Part shown: piece after piece, positions 27,355-42,327 of the stretch | Numbering within the stretch: position 1 is the stretch's first letter | Layout: every line of letters begins with the position of its first letter | Assembly (NCBI GenBank): GCA_046563655.1 | Contig: CM102290.1 | Location: 9,858,001 to 9,922,000 of the forward strand | Origin: Yuukianura sp. NJ FZ-2021 | Taxonomy: Eukaryota | DNA length: 64,000 bases | Direction: 5' to 3' | Translations under genes and position numbers: made by a program | Notes under the pieces: generated by a model | What the model saw: the letters and a program-made list of their open reading frames with translations, nothing else | What the model was told of the DNA's origin: nothing | The model's database searches: none

Positions 27355-28069
27355 CTAAAACAAAACAAACGGAAAAGTGTTAGACATGAATGGATTCGAT
27401 TCAGTTGATGCTTATGTAGTACTAGTAGGGGTAGTTGAGTCGCAGTCACTTATATCCAAGTGGTTATGTAATGTCAAGTGGGGTCTAGATGGATACTGGA
27501 CGGAAACGGACAGTTACAGTACAGTTAGGTGAGTGGAAATTGAAGAGGGTTTAAACGTCGTCGTCGTCTGTCTTCGATCTCGAAGATCAAAAGATATTAA
27601 CTTTTGTCATCTCCCTCCCTGTCAAGCCTTTCGCCAGAATCCGGGTATCCAGGGAGAGGAAGAAGCTGCCCGGATCCAGAAAAGTATCTTGCGGGTGGTT
27701 ATTATTGCCACAAGGCCTCTTTTGACAATACCCCTTGACTTTCTTCCACTAGACAACCTAAGTCCCTACCGCCCCGGTTACTTACCTAATTGACGACGGT
27801 GTCAACTCGGTCCGATTTCCCTTGTGGCTACTGCGCGATGACGATGACAACGACGAACGATAGAGATGATGTTGAGGGGGATGATGAGGGATGATGTGAT
27901 CTTGAGGTTCGTAGAAGTAGTTGAAGAAATGGATAAACGAACTGACAAGTTATGGTGGACGTGACCCTCGTTACATCAGATGTTCCGTCGTGTGATGAAT
28001 GACGAAAGGCAAAACGTTTTTGTGTCGTTCACTGCAGCAGAACGTTTCCTTGACTTTGGACATTCTTAC

Positions 28070-28320
28070 CTTGGGTTGAGATTCCTCTACAGATGAGATT
28101 CCGACGAGATGTTGATGATGACCTAACGGTAATGGTGGTGATAGATGTGACGATTAACTAATTACTGATTAACTTGCAGTTTACGGAAGAGAGGATGTGG
28201 AGAGAGACAGCGATAGCTGGAGCGGAAGAGACACACTGAGCAACGGTGTCTTTCGTTCTCCCTCTTCCTTTGTCTGTCGTCCTCTTTCTCCCTCTTTTCA
28301 CACTACGAGTGCGCAGAGTG
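28070..28320 (-). other. Probable first (5' UTR) exon and TSS region of the left-hand minus-strand gene
   Basis: Donor CAAG|GTAAGA at 28069. The CpG- and GA-rich region at 28200-28440 looks promoter-like. The TSS position is approximate. Confidence 0.45.
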
Positions 28321-31089
28321 CCCAGCAGAGAAACCCCGCCACTGTCCTAACGTCGGTGTTTCGTTTTCAAAAACAAAATGGCGGCACGACGTACTCACAA
28401 CGACGTCCGTCTCCGTCCGTCCGAGAAAAGGCGCTTTTGTAAACCCGATATGCTTTGCTTTTTTCTCTCCTCAATTCTGATTTTGTTTTTTTCTCTCTTT
28501 TTTTACTCGTTTTTCTTGTACAAGGAAAATTGTCCGCTGTAAAACGAATGCGAGCTAATTAATTAACTATGCAAGCTTAATTAGATTAAGACCACCGTTG
28601 TGGGTTCTAGTTAAGATTCAGGAAAAACAAAATCGTACAAAACAGCGTAAAAAAGATAAATAAATAATTTCTAAATTCTAAGTTCGTGCATTGTGCACCT
28701 TCAGCGTTGTGTAACAGTTATGTAGTAAATGCATTCACTCATCGCCAGTTTTTTGGCAGTCAGTCTCGCCTTTAAAATGCTCTAATTTGCTTTAAAAAGT
28801 AACTTATTTGTTTTAACTTTTAAACATATTTCCTTTTTAAAGTGAAATAAGTTTAAAAGTCTTGAAAATCTTAAATGAAATTTTACGTGAAATACTAAAT
28901 TGAGCAAACTCGAAAACGTGCTTGCTTCTTTTGCAGTTGAAGCAAATGGAAAGTTTACCGAAGAAAAAACGTTTTTCTTCCTCAAATTGTCGTTTTCACT
29001 GGAGCTGCAGCGCACAGCGCCAAGCTTCGTTCGTTTAACTTATCTGCAGCAGCTCCGTCAGCCATCAGCTATCCGAAATCCGAGCTCCAATATCCAAGCT
29101 GGTTCAGAGTTTGAGTAATTTTGGATTTGTGATATTTAAAAATTGATTCTTACCACACACAGTACCGTTCACAGGGTCTTCCAAATCTAATCTTCACCCT
29201 CCGTTGAATGGAGGCCAACCCTTGCCTCACTACGCGGAATTTTTGAAATATTAGTGAAAGTTGGGGCAAGTTGGAATGCGGCCGAAGCTCCCCAGTTTTG
29301 CCGGCGGAAAGATTCAAATTCAATTTGAATCCAAGTGGGGAGTTGTGCGGTTACATAGAACTACAGCGTAGATTCAAACATAGCTTGAAGTCCTCATCTT
29401 CTACTACCAAGGTTTCTAGCAGAGACGAATTCCCCACTTCCTCAATCCTCTCCAGCTCATCTGCGACACCGTTGACTTCACTGGAACCCGGGTTTTCTGG
29501 AAGGTACTACCATCCAGCATCTACTTCTCCATGTTCCTCTGATTAACTTTCCTAATTGACTCAGTTGGAATAATAACGGAACCTAAATTAAGACTAACTC
29601 TAGCACTCACGCTCCTCTTTGTGACTCAGTAAACGGAACTTCACGCTCATTTCCTCTGTTATTCCAAGTCAAACCTGGCCTCGGAGGAACAAGTTCCAAA
29701 CACCGACCTTCCAACGTTAATTTCTAATAACATTGCAATTTGGAACAGCCTAATGCCAAAAGTTACTTACGTGGTGGATGAGTAAAGTGAGCTCAAGGGA
29801 TCAGGGCAGAGTACGAATCTCGCTTCCGTCGCAGAGGTGTCACTCCGGCTCTTTTATTTGATCAACATCCTCCTGGTCCTGAAACGTCCGGCTCTTTTTG
29901 AAAAAAAAAAGTTTCAACAACCTCTAAATTATTCAGATTGGACTCACTTTGAATTTGAATTGGTCAATACGTCAATGCCCAAAATCAAGAATTCAGATCC
30001 GGATTCATCAGGATTCTGTTCAAGTGAAAAGGGAAAGTCATAGTGAAAGTGGCGCCGAAAACGAAATTCCCGCGCTGTTCAAAGAGAAAGTTCAAAAACA
30101 TGAATATGATGTCCGATGAATTGGAAATTGACTTTTGATTTGTTACCTTGCGTGAAGAAAAGTTTTTTCTTTAAACTTTTCACTTTCTTTACTTTCACTG
30201 ACCTCATTCGTTCCCCGGTGCCCGAGCAAAAAAAAAAAGATTTAGGAGACATAACTGCAGTTTAGCACTTATCTTTAGTAGAAAATTTAAAAAAGAAGAC
30301 ACAGCCAGAGAGGTCAAAAAAGCGTATAACAAAAAGGTCTAAACCTTTTGACTTTCTTTATGTTGATGCGGTGGTCTCTGGCTTTCAACCCTAACTTCAA
30401 AAAAGATGACGCAAATGAAAATTTCCGAAACGAAAACATACACAATTTTCTCCGTGGTTTTGCCGGAAATAATTTCCTTTAAAAGCAAATGGTTCTCAAA
30501 ATAGTTCAACTCTATTGAACATTCCCTCCAAAACATTTCATCATTTCTCTCCAAAATATGTTTTGTTTTTTGCTCACTCCAGCACAACTTCCTAAAATTG
30601 GTACTTACATGAGCATTAATCATGGCCTTCGGCTGTACAATTATTCGACTCCATTTTGTGTCTAAAAACGCCCGGTCCTTCCAGTGGCATTGATTCGGTA
30701 AAAATAGAAGTTATTTTGGGACGGTTGCTTAGTAACGCTACGCTCTTTCTATTGATCGTCTCAAGGAAGTCAGGTGAAAGGAAAATGTCTCTGCATGTCG
30801 CTCCCTTACTTCAACCTACCTCTCATTAGCTACACCGTCTTCTTCCACCGGAGGAATCAAGCCCTTCTGCATGAATTCCCATTAGTTTATTACCGCCACT
30901 TGATCCAAGCAAGTTCCCGTATCTCAGGGAACATCAACTACCCACTTCCTTAATTCAACCAGACGCTCAGTCTAGTACTCAGTCAAGTGGCACCCTCCGT
31001 CAACCACTTGTTGGCTCCTTGGCCTAATCACAGGAGACGATTAGCCAAACCTCCAGTCACGCAGTCTGTCACTGACTATTAGTTACATG

Positions 31090-31610
31090 AATTCAAACAA
31101 AGTTATATTTCAGTGTGAAATTACATGTTGTCGCGAATTATGGCGAGAAATTGCATGTTCGACATTTTGGCGGGTTCTACATGGATACGTGCTTGAGCCC
31201 GCAATTGGAAAATATCTCTCACGGGAGATTCTAATCTTTTGCCTCTACGGAATTCAAAAAAAAATCTCCCTCAAAATGACAAATTTTTCCCCTGCGACAT
31301 TATGAAAACTTATTTTTGCGAAATTCAAAATTACTCCCTTGCGAAACTGAAAGCTTTTCCGCTGCAAAATTCAGCAGAATTTTCTTTCCTATGAAACTGG
31401 AGTTTTCCCATTGGAAATGTTTTATAATTTGTAACTTTCCAATGCCCGCAGTTCAGGAATTAGAAAATAATTATTCCCCTGTGGAGAAATTCAAGAATTT
31501 CCCATTCTGCGGTGAAAGTGAAGAAGTTGAACTTTTGGGGGAAAACGAGAAATTATCTTTTTCACAGAGAAAACTTAAAATTAAGAAGTGAAAACAAAGG
31601 AAATTATCCA
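31090..31610. repeat. Degenerate repetitive region (AAATT..TCCC(C)T motifs), probable TE remnant
   Basis: Recurrent AAAATCTCCCT, AATTTTTCCCCTG, AATTACTCCCT and AATTATTCCCCTG words. Confidence 0.4.
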
Positions 31611-32897
31611 TGACAACTTTTTGAGGGAAAGTGGGCTAGAAATGTTAGTCAATTTGGGAAAAAAAAATTGGGAAGGAAAACAAATGGCCGTGTGATACAA
31701 ACAACATTCCGAAGGACAGTAATTGGAAAAATGTGTGGCACAAACGAAAAAAAAAAGTTGAGTAACGTTGTTTTTCCGTAAAGAACAAAACCATTCCTTG
31801 TCATTTTTCGCTTCATTTCTTACTTTCTCCCGCCAATCCGTATCACCTGCCTTCCAAAAAACTTCCAAATCGAGAAAGTTTCCCTCTATTTTTTTCTCTC
31901 TAATCTCAGCTGGAATTCTGGACAACTTTATGCTGTTGTTTTTCCAGTGCCATAAGCCGGGGAGTCCCATGGGAGACTTGCGACATATGTGTGGGTACGG
32001 AAATGGAGCCAACTACAAAATTAGACTTGGAAGGAACGACTATTTCTCACGTTTCCCCAATTTTCCAGAAGAGCAGGACGCCAAGATTAGGGAGATGACT
32101 TCTCATCAAATGACAATTAGGAAAAGTCCTTGAGTTGACTTAAAAATTGTAGTCACTTTGCAATTAATCGAATAATTCAAGTTTTTAGCATAACAGTTTC
32201 TCTCCATTGCTAAAATTCCGAGTAGCAAATTGAAATTCGTGGCGATAGATTAGCAACTTCTGCGAAGTCTTAAAATTCACAAACTGGATTTGATATTTGC
32301 CATGTTTGGATTACTTTAGGTTCTTTTTGAGTGATTTTAATCGAACAAAATTCTAAACGGTAAAAATGGGTTTTAAGCTCAACGTTTCCAACCTATGAGC
32401 GCGAGAAATATTCCGTGCTTGTGAATTTAATTCGCTCCCTTATTATCACCCCCTTCCAGAACTTACGCCGTTTTCAATTTATTTTTCCCTTCATCATCTG
32501 ATGACCGAAAAACGAGAGAAAGTACGGTGTGGCGGGAACGGCGACGGCTTTGGGTGGCTCAATCCAAATCTCATCTTCGCCAAAGATCTGTCATAGCGTC
32601 AGAGTTGGAAAAATAAATTTTAAAATTTGGCGCTTCCTATAATCCAACGTCTATTTTGAACCAGGTAAAGCCTCTCTCTAAGCTTATCCTTTTGGAAAAG
32701 CCTTGGCTTGGAACGCGTGTGGACCAGAGAAGCGGAAGATTTGAAAATGGAAGAAAGAGGCGGCAAAATTTAATCGTCCAGAAATCACCACTTGAGTAAT
32801 TCCGGCGTTCTGACATTCCGCGAAGTTATTGTTACTGCCAAACCAGAGACTTTAACCAGAAGTTGACAATGTCTGTAACTGTTTCCAGCGTCTATCG

Positions 32898-32910
32898 AGG
32901 TCATTGACCT
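32898..32910. promoter_or_regulatory. Perfect IR-1 nuclear receptor element (EcRE consensus)
   Basis: AGGTCA-T-TGACCT, with an AT-preceded half-site AATAGGTCA ~14 nt downstream. Confidence 0.7.
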
Positions 32911-33222
32911 AACCTCCATACTCAATAGGTCAAACTAGCCTACCAATTTTGGCTATAGCTTGAAAATCAAGCATTCGGGACGCTAAAACTTTTCATTTTC
33001 CAAAGTTGTTTTTAAACTAAAAGTCTTTCAAAGGGAAATCTAATGTAAACAACTACCACTGTAAATCGAGCTTAATGGAAAATTAATTTCTTTCTGCGTG
33101 AAAACTGTTCTTGCAGCGCAGCGCACGAACTGTTGATTCTGCTTGCTCAAAAGAACAAGGAACCGACCGGATTCAATAGTTTGCCAATTGTTAAAAGGGA
33201 ATCTGTTGATTCGTTTTTTTAC

Positions 33223-34256
33223 CTTGCGGGAGTGATCGGTCTTTTCACAAGTAGGAGCATCTTCGTCTTGCATGGCATCCGAGCTGATGGAATATGCGCC
33301 TGATTTCCTTGTTAGCGGCCTCAGCAAGTCCTAATAGATCCCGCGTGTGGTGGGTTGATGGTGTGGATGAATGGCCATTGTTGGACGACTTTAGCATTAC
33401 TACCATCATCCCAGACTTTTGGCAAGCTCAGCCTTTCCCAAGGGAAATTCAGTTCTTTTCAAAGGCGCCCACCAACACGCTGGAGAATGACAAGGGCTGC
33501 CGACATGATGGAATTCAGCCAGCAGCGCAGTTTAATCCATCCCGACTTCATGCTGCCCCTCCAGGCACTTTATACCTACGAACCTTGTGCCAGGAAAAAA
33601 AACGTAAGGCCCAGAGGGCCCTTCACCTTGTGAGGAGTTCCGAAAACAATAACAAATCGTTAAAGATTTAGGGCGCACAAAATTCAGTCGGAACCTCGCA
33701 CAGACGGGAATGTTGATCGCTTCGGACAAAAACCTGTTAAAACAAAAGCCGATTTTTTAGTGTCCAACTTTTACAAAATAGGTCTTGCGAAATCCTTATT
33801 AACGTAAAAAGATGTTTTGTTAAATTTTGATCTTGCAAGAGTTCGCATCACCACCAGCGTAAAATGGTAACAACGTCGGGGTTTCGCGCGGGAAAACTCA
33901 AATAAGGACCATGACAGACTTCCTGAGGCGGGTGATTTGATGATCTTGGGAAGAACTTGGACAGACGAGGTTTTCGGAACATTAGTTTGATGTCATCAAA
34001 TTGAAAGTCGAGCCAGTTGGAGCCAAATCCAAAGTCTCCATTGTACGTTCCTGAAATCAATCAATCTTGCCACGCTCTTATATTCGTATTCCCCAGACCT
34101 TTCTTCGCAGAAGCCACGCCGAAGTTCCGATTTCCATGAAACAGACAATTGTACGAACAGAGTCATTGGAAATTCAGAAATCCCTCCAAATCCACTGTCC
34201 ACTTCGGGTTTTCTTCAGTCTTCTCCTGGAACATGAGCAGTGAGAAGCCCTTTGTA
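33223..34256 (-). pseudogene. Possible degenerate gene or TE-coding remnant
   Basis: GC-richer, coding-like blocks bounded by splice-like sites (ATAG|34256, TTCAG|~34050, AACAG|~33733, AAG|GTAAAA 33222). They are interrupted by stops and frameshifts, and no family is confidently recognised. Confidence 0.3.
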
Positions 34257-34394
34257 CTATGAAAACAACAAAGTAAATTAAATTCCCGCTCCGAACAGAA
34301 GAGCTGATCGAACCCCAGTCTCGGTGTCGCAGTACTACCTAGTTAAAACAAACTCAATGCTCGTGGTGCCCATTAGAACGAACCAAGCGTTCTC

Positions 34395-34545
34395 ACTGCA
34401 GTGCGCGTTGTATACCGGGCATCCGAGTATAGTGCGCACCCTCGCAAGTATTTCATTCAACAAAAATGCTAAAAGTTGTCATAATCTTAGGGAAAAGTGA
34501 AAGCTTCGCATGTGATGTTAGAGATGGTGCGCGTTATACAATTTT
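34395..34545. mobile_element. Short MITE fragment
   Basis: GAGTATAGTGCGCACC (34425-34440) faces GGTGCGCGTTATAC (~34526-34539), with a further GTGCGCGTTGTATAC at 34401. Confidence 0.4.
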
Positions 34546-35335
34546 CTTCATTGTAAACGAAAGTTAACTTTTAGTATGAAAACGGAGTTTCCCTGTTACT
34601 CCCTTATAAGAGAAAAATTTTTGCGAGAAAGGACAGGACTTTTTAATTAGTTTTTTTTAACTCGAAAATTTAAATTTTGAATAATAAAATGGCGGGTTTT
34701 TTAACTGGAGGGTTCTAAGCTACACTAGTAATCATAAGAAATAGGGGCAATAAGCATGAAAAATGGAAAAGAGAATTTGTGCGTAATTACAAGTTACGAG
34801 TTTTGAAAAAGAGCGATGAGAGCAGCAAGTAGAATTTAAATAGGATCAGAAGAACAATCGTACTTTCTCTGACTCAGCTCTTATGTCAGACGGAAACGAA
34901 GTTTAGGGGAAAATGGAATCACATAAAATTCTTACATTAGTTTATTTCAGCCTTAAACTAAAGGGAATTTTTGTTTCCAAAAAAAATTCATTCAAATCTT
35001 TAGAATTAATCTGTCTTTTGACAAATACGCTTATAATTATAGTAAATGGAGTTAGGAATGAAAGGAAGCGGGAAAAGATTTTTTTTTTGAAATAACGACT
35101 ACTTTCCTTCCGGCAAAAAGAAAAAGTGAAAACTTTCCCTTTCGAAAAGAAAGTTCTAAATTTGCAAAATTCCCAAATTATAACATCCACCACGAAACCA
35201 CAAAGTTTCATTCAAGTAAAATCCAAGTGGTTTGCCGTTTTCAGAAAAGAAAAAGTTTCAACAACTTTCTCTTTCTCTACCAGTCCCAGTATCCCTAAAA
35301 AGAGAAAGCCACAAGCTAGGAAGTTTTGAAAGGCT

Positions 35336-37168
<1,833 letters not shown>

Positions 37169-38026
37169 AGCGTTGAGGTATCAATAAAGTTAACCACCAC
37201 GTTGATTGAATACCCTGACCAATCCTCCGTCCACAAAATATGAGTACTCCCTAAATACTGATTGTATGTAAGCTAACTCCTTCGATCAAAGTTTAATTAA
37301 AGCAATTTTCAAATCACTTATCATTACAACAATCCACAAACTGGGAACTGCTTAATTTTTGACACAAGAATTCACCATCCGGTTGTCTTGTTATTTTGTT
37401 CAGGTTGAACAAGGCGCTAACATAACCTGCATGAGTCATCGTCTCACCCCATCTTCGATGGGCAAAAACAAGGCAACATCATACAGAAAAAACGAAAAAT
37501 TTTGGTATTACAATTTAACATCTTTTCTTTACAATTTTTAGTTTACTTTAGGTTTTTACGAAAAACTTTCCAAAAACAAGTCTTTTTCCGGATTGGAAAA
37601 ATTGAGGGTCCAGCACCAAACTTTACTTAACCCTACTAAATTGGGTATTGTAATTTCGAAACGGTATTTAAATACTAGGTAGTTTTGGAAGATTCCCATT
37701 CGATTCCGAAACAGTCCGAACCCACAAACCCTAAAACGAACGACTCTCCAATTTTAATGTTTTTCTTTGTGCGCGTCGGCGTCATTTGATATTTGTGTGA
37801 AACTGGTCTTCCACTTCATTCTCATTCATTCTCAGGTTCAGATTCATTTGATTTTGATTCAGCAAGAAAACATTAATTTTTACACTTTCCGTCATGTTAA
37901 TATTAAGTTAACGATTAATTTACAGTGATACGCTGCTAGTACCATTGGACAGATCAGAAAGTGGTATCGTGTAAGTGTGTTACTGGATTGATAGTTTAAT
38001 TCAACTACCCGAAGGTGAGAAACAAA

Positions 38027-41000
38027 ATGACGACGGAATCGGAGTCTTCACGGGGCGGTAGTAGTGATGAATTGGATGGACATGGCCACAATAATAGCAA
38101 GACGGATAGGAACGGAAGCAGTTCGGTGACCCATGACCCTCCACTAAAACGTAAGAGAATGGATTCTACCAAAATAGTTCAAATTGCAAACATTGCTCCA
38201 CAGACTACCAAGGAACAGATGCAGGCCCTCTTTAGTTTTGTTGGAAAGATGGATGATATCCGGTTGTACCCAACAATGTAAGTTACTGTATACACTTTAA
38301 GTACTGGAATTCCGCAGCACGTTATATTGTGGATCAATTTAAACTGTATATCAATATTTCAGGGACATTGGAATGCAGCTCAATTCTAAGATTTGTTTCA
38401 TCCGATTCTATGACAGCTCCAGTGTTTCTATTGCCCAACACCTAACAAATACTGTTTTTATTGACAGAGCCCTCGTCGTCATTCCCTTTATGGAGAGTAA
38501 GCCTACAATTACAATTTACCAATTTCAAGCACTACAAGAAAGGCGTAACCTCAGCCTTACGAACGGAACCTCACCTTTCAAAAGTGAAACCAAAATGAAT
38601 TTAACAAAGCCTTACTGTTGAATTTTAGGTGAAATTCCGGATGAACAACGAGCACTGGAATTACTTACAAGTGGAACCCTTCTTCCTGGCATAGCAGATC
38701 CAAAACTTCCTCAACACGTTACGAGTCAGGTTTGCCTAGATCACTTCTATAATCTGCAGTAAACTAAGTCCTTCTAAAGCGTCACTTAAACCCTTGTTCT
38801 GTTTTGTTTAGTTGGAAGGCATTCCGCCTAACCAAGTGGTTGGAACCTATGACCCCAAACTGTCAGCAGCCAGACTCCCAATGTACCCTCCTCTACCTAC
38901 TGCTTTCGATGCCCGGAAAATTGAAGAAATTCGACGAACAATTATGGTGGCCAATATCGACAGTGAGGTGAGCCTAAAATCGCAACAGTTTCATTATTTT
39001 GAAGTGACAATATCATTGACGAAATACTAGTCAAAAGTGGCATCAGCCTAGTAGTTAATAGTTAATCGATGACCATTTCATTCTGACTTTTGACCTGTCT
39101 TTTCCATCTTACTTAGTAACGAAACGAGTGTGATCATTAGTCACTACCACTCCGCCTCTATGGCATTTTCTCCAAGACATTCAGAAATACTAACTTTGTG
39201 AATTGCTTTTTTAGGTAAATTCCGAATCGATACTGGACATCTTCAACCAGTGTGGGGAAGTAAAGTACTTTCGTCTGTGCACTCGTGACAATGACCCTCT
39301 GACATATGCCCTCATTGAGTTTACTGAACAACCCTCCATTCTTCCAGCCATTAGTCTCAACGGCGCTAAGATTGGATCCACAATTATCAAGTAAGATCCC
39401 GTGTCCTCCAATTCTAAACCTCCTGCCAATTACTCCTTACAAGTCTTCTTACATCTTTAATGGTTACTATCTGGAATTGCTTTCTTGACTCTTTGATTGA
39501 TCATTGCCTCTTTATTTATTTTGTTTTGTCTCTCATCCAAATGATGTCTCAGCTGACTCCAGAGTCACCTCAAGTCAAGCGAGTGGCAAAAGGTCAAAGG
39601 TATAACTTCCATCTCCAGGAAAATCAGATCTGCAACACTCGCAACTTAACTGCTAACCTTCTCTCAGTCCTTTTCAAAATGCTTTCTCTTTTTGTTTACG
39701 TCCACTATACTTTAGCGGTTAAACACGTTTCTAAACGTTTCTGCTCTCTTTCGAAGGCTTTTCTTTGTTTGTTTTAGTTGTCGAACGGTGCGGTGAGCGT
39801 TAGGGAAATGCTACCAATTTTTCCTTTCAGAACCTAAACCTTGTTTAAAAAAAACCGTTTTCCTCTTTCGTCTTTCGTATTTCCTTTGAATTTCCTCAAA
39901 AAGCCCAACAGTTTCTCAACAGTAGTTGTCTCAACATGTCAGCCCCCATCAACGGACCCAAACAGGTTGAATTTCTTCGTTTTTTCTTTTTGAAAACTTT
40001 CCCAATCCGCAGGCACAGAATCCGCTAACTTTTTATTTTCGAGGCGTTTCAAATTTGGAAAACTAAACACATCCGGTGAAAGTTTAAAAAGCGGTTTTGT
40101 GTTATTTAAAAAAACGAATCGGTGTGAGTTTCAACTTTTTTGGGTCCGTTTACCCGTTAAATTAGGTTGGATTAAGGTGAAATTGGAATGGTTGTGATTT
40201 TTATATGTAAAGAAGCACATGGGATCACTTGGCGGAGAAGAAGGGAAGATGATGGATGATGGCACTGTGTAACCTGCTGACCTGCCACACTTGACCTGTG
40301 ACCTATTCGAATTCGAAGGGCTCTTGCTGGACAAGGACAAGGACAAACTTTAAAAAACCAGTTAGAATAATAACGTAGAACACTCTAATTTATTAAGGAA
40401 TCTGTTAATCCTTCGTATTTTTCCCTTCAAAAATCGAGCAAAAATGTCAAAGTGGCCTCTTTTTTTGTTTGATTTTCTGTGTATCAGTGTTGTGGGAGCC
40501 TTGGACAATTTGGGAGACACGCGAGATGAGGTCGGACGCTGCTCTCATGGTGGGTCAGTTGGTGGGGCTTCTAGAGTGGAAGATCAATCAGAGCCACCGC
40601 GTCACCTTAGCTGCTTGTTACCTTCTCTAAAAACCTTAAGTCCCTTCTTGCCTAACCTACCTACCACCTTTACGTCGACGTTGATTGAGAAGCGATTACA
40701 AGCGTTATTTAATATTTTGTTTACACACAAATCAAGTTCCTTTTCAATTGAAAAAGTTAAAGCTGATGACGATTCCTTTCTTTTTTGTTTGTTCTTTATG
40801 TGTTAAGGCAGAGCCATGAACCCTCTCTGAATAAGCTGGTTTTACAAGGCCGACCCGCCGCCATTCTCTGTCTCTAGGCTAATGGCGTAAATGACTAAAG
40901 TCCAGTAGAAGTGAGTCACATTCATCAGTCACCAAAACCAACCACAAACTCCCGAATCAACTCTCAGCAAACACTTTTCTATCAACTCCTTTCTCACAAC

Positions 41001-42044
41001 AACCCACTGAGAAATTGACCTCTGACCTTAACGTCCTTAACGTTTGCGTCAACTGCGGGCTCCTTCTGCCTATTGACCTCCGGCATCGGAGCTCAAGTCC
41101 TCAGAAGTTTGAAAATGTTCCAACTCCGACTCATGCTACTCTGTTGTTGTTCCTTAGGGTTTTTCACGCGACGCAGGCCATAATCAAACCGCAGGCCAAA
41201 ACCAATGAGGCAGCACAGAAGGAAATTGAGGACGCCATGCTGAGACAGGCACAAACCATCATGTCGCAAGGAATCGACGGTAAGACGAGATTCAAATCGA
41301 GATTGAAATAAAAAAAATTGCAGAGGAAAGCCCAAAATTTTGATTCGTTTTTGTTTGTTTCAGTATCTAATGTCGCTACACCGCACCTTGGGGCTCCTAT
41401 CATCAAAGATAAATCACGCCGCAGTCGTAGTCGCCATCGTTCAAAAGATAGAAGACGATCGAGATCGCGGAGTAAACGGAAGCGCTCACGTTCGTCATCT
41501 CGCAGAAGAGACTACAGACGACGGTCACGGTCGCGGTGAGTAACAAAAACTTGGAACTAATTCAACACCTACCAACCACACGATTAGTAACATTTTGACC
41601 TAACTGAGCCAACCTTTTTTTTTTGCTTGCAGTGACGCTAGGAATCGTGTTTCGAGACGTCGATCACGGAGTCGAGATCACTACAAGCGGAGAACTCCCA
41701 GTTTATCACCTAAAAGAAGATCACGGTCACGCGAAGACCGAAAACGAGGGTCCTCTTCCAAAAAGCATGAGAAGAAGCGGGACAAGGAGAAGGACGACAA
41801 GAGAGATCGAAAAGACGACAAGAAAGATCGTGACAGAGATGACAAACGAGAAAGTAAAAACGACCGAAAGGACAAGGACCGAGAAGATCGTAAAGATCGA
41901 CGCAGTGACAAGAGCCGAGACAAAGACCGAAGCAAGGAGAAGGATCGGTCCAGCCGAGACGAGAAATCTGTTTCTGTGCCACGCGACAACAGTGAGCAAC
42001 CGATGGATATTGACGGAACACCATCCCAAAATGGAAACGAGTAG
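38027..42044 (+). CDS. SRSF11: SR splicing regulator, SRSF11/SREK1 (SRp54) family, ~507 aa, 8 exons
   Basis: Exons 38027-38277, 38363-38496, 38629-38729, 38812-38967, 39215-39390, 41158-41279, 41364-41535, 41633-42044 (1524 nt in frame). RRM1 (VQIANIAPQTTKEQMQALF...AQHLTNTVFIDRALVVIP), KIEEIRRT-RRM2, AIIKPQAKTNEAAQKEIEDAM, then an RS and RD/EK-rich tail. Confidence 0.93.
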
Positions 42045-42181
42045 GTTTTACCCGGAAGGCCAATGGATGCAGCCTTCCATTTTGACGATTGCATTAAGAA
42101 CAAGCATTAAACAGGTTTTCTCAAAATTGGGTTACGTAACTATAAATATCACTGATCTAATCTAACTGGAAAAAGTTTTTA

Positions 42182-42218
42182 AATAAAGTGAATCACTCGT
42201 TTAGTGTTTTACTTTATT
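42182..42218. terminator. Opposed poly(A) signals of convergent SRSF11-like and NDUFA7 genes
   Basis: AATAAA on + at 42182-42187 and AATAAA on - at 42218-42213. Confidence 0.6.
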
Positions 42219-42327
42219 TGCACGACTACAGTTGAGGTGTTGGACTTTTGAATGCGAGTAGTTACTAAGGTTTCATTTAGTTTTTGCCGGAGTTTTTGAC
42301 GTCTTGCTTTGGATTCAGACGACGTTC

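Noticed and set aside
34285..34345. GGTTCGATC B-box-like motif on the minus strand as tRNA/SINE
   Set aside because: No cloverleaf, A-box or acceptor stem could be built.
1..34900. Numerous 60-150 aa ORFs in the supplied track
   Set aside because: Low-complexity F/K/L/S-rich translations of AT-rich non-coding DNA, often with non-ATG starts and no domains.
39030..39094. 9-bp stem GTCAAAAGT/ACTTTTGAC in SR-gene intron 4 as snoRNA or miRNA
   Set aside because: No C/D or correctly placed H/ACA boxes, and the stem is too interrupted for a pre-miRNA.
41623..42165. Several overlapping ORFs on both strands
   Set aside because: Shadows of the repetitive RS/RD-coding last exon of the SR gene.
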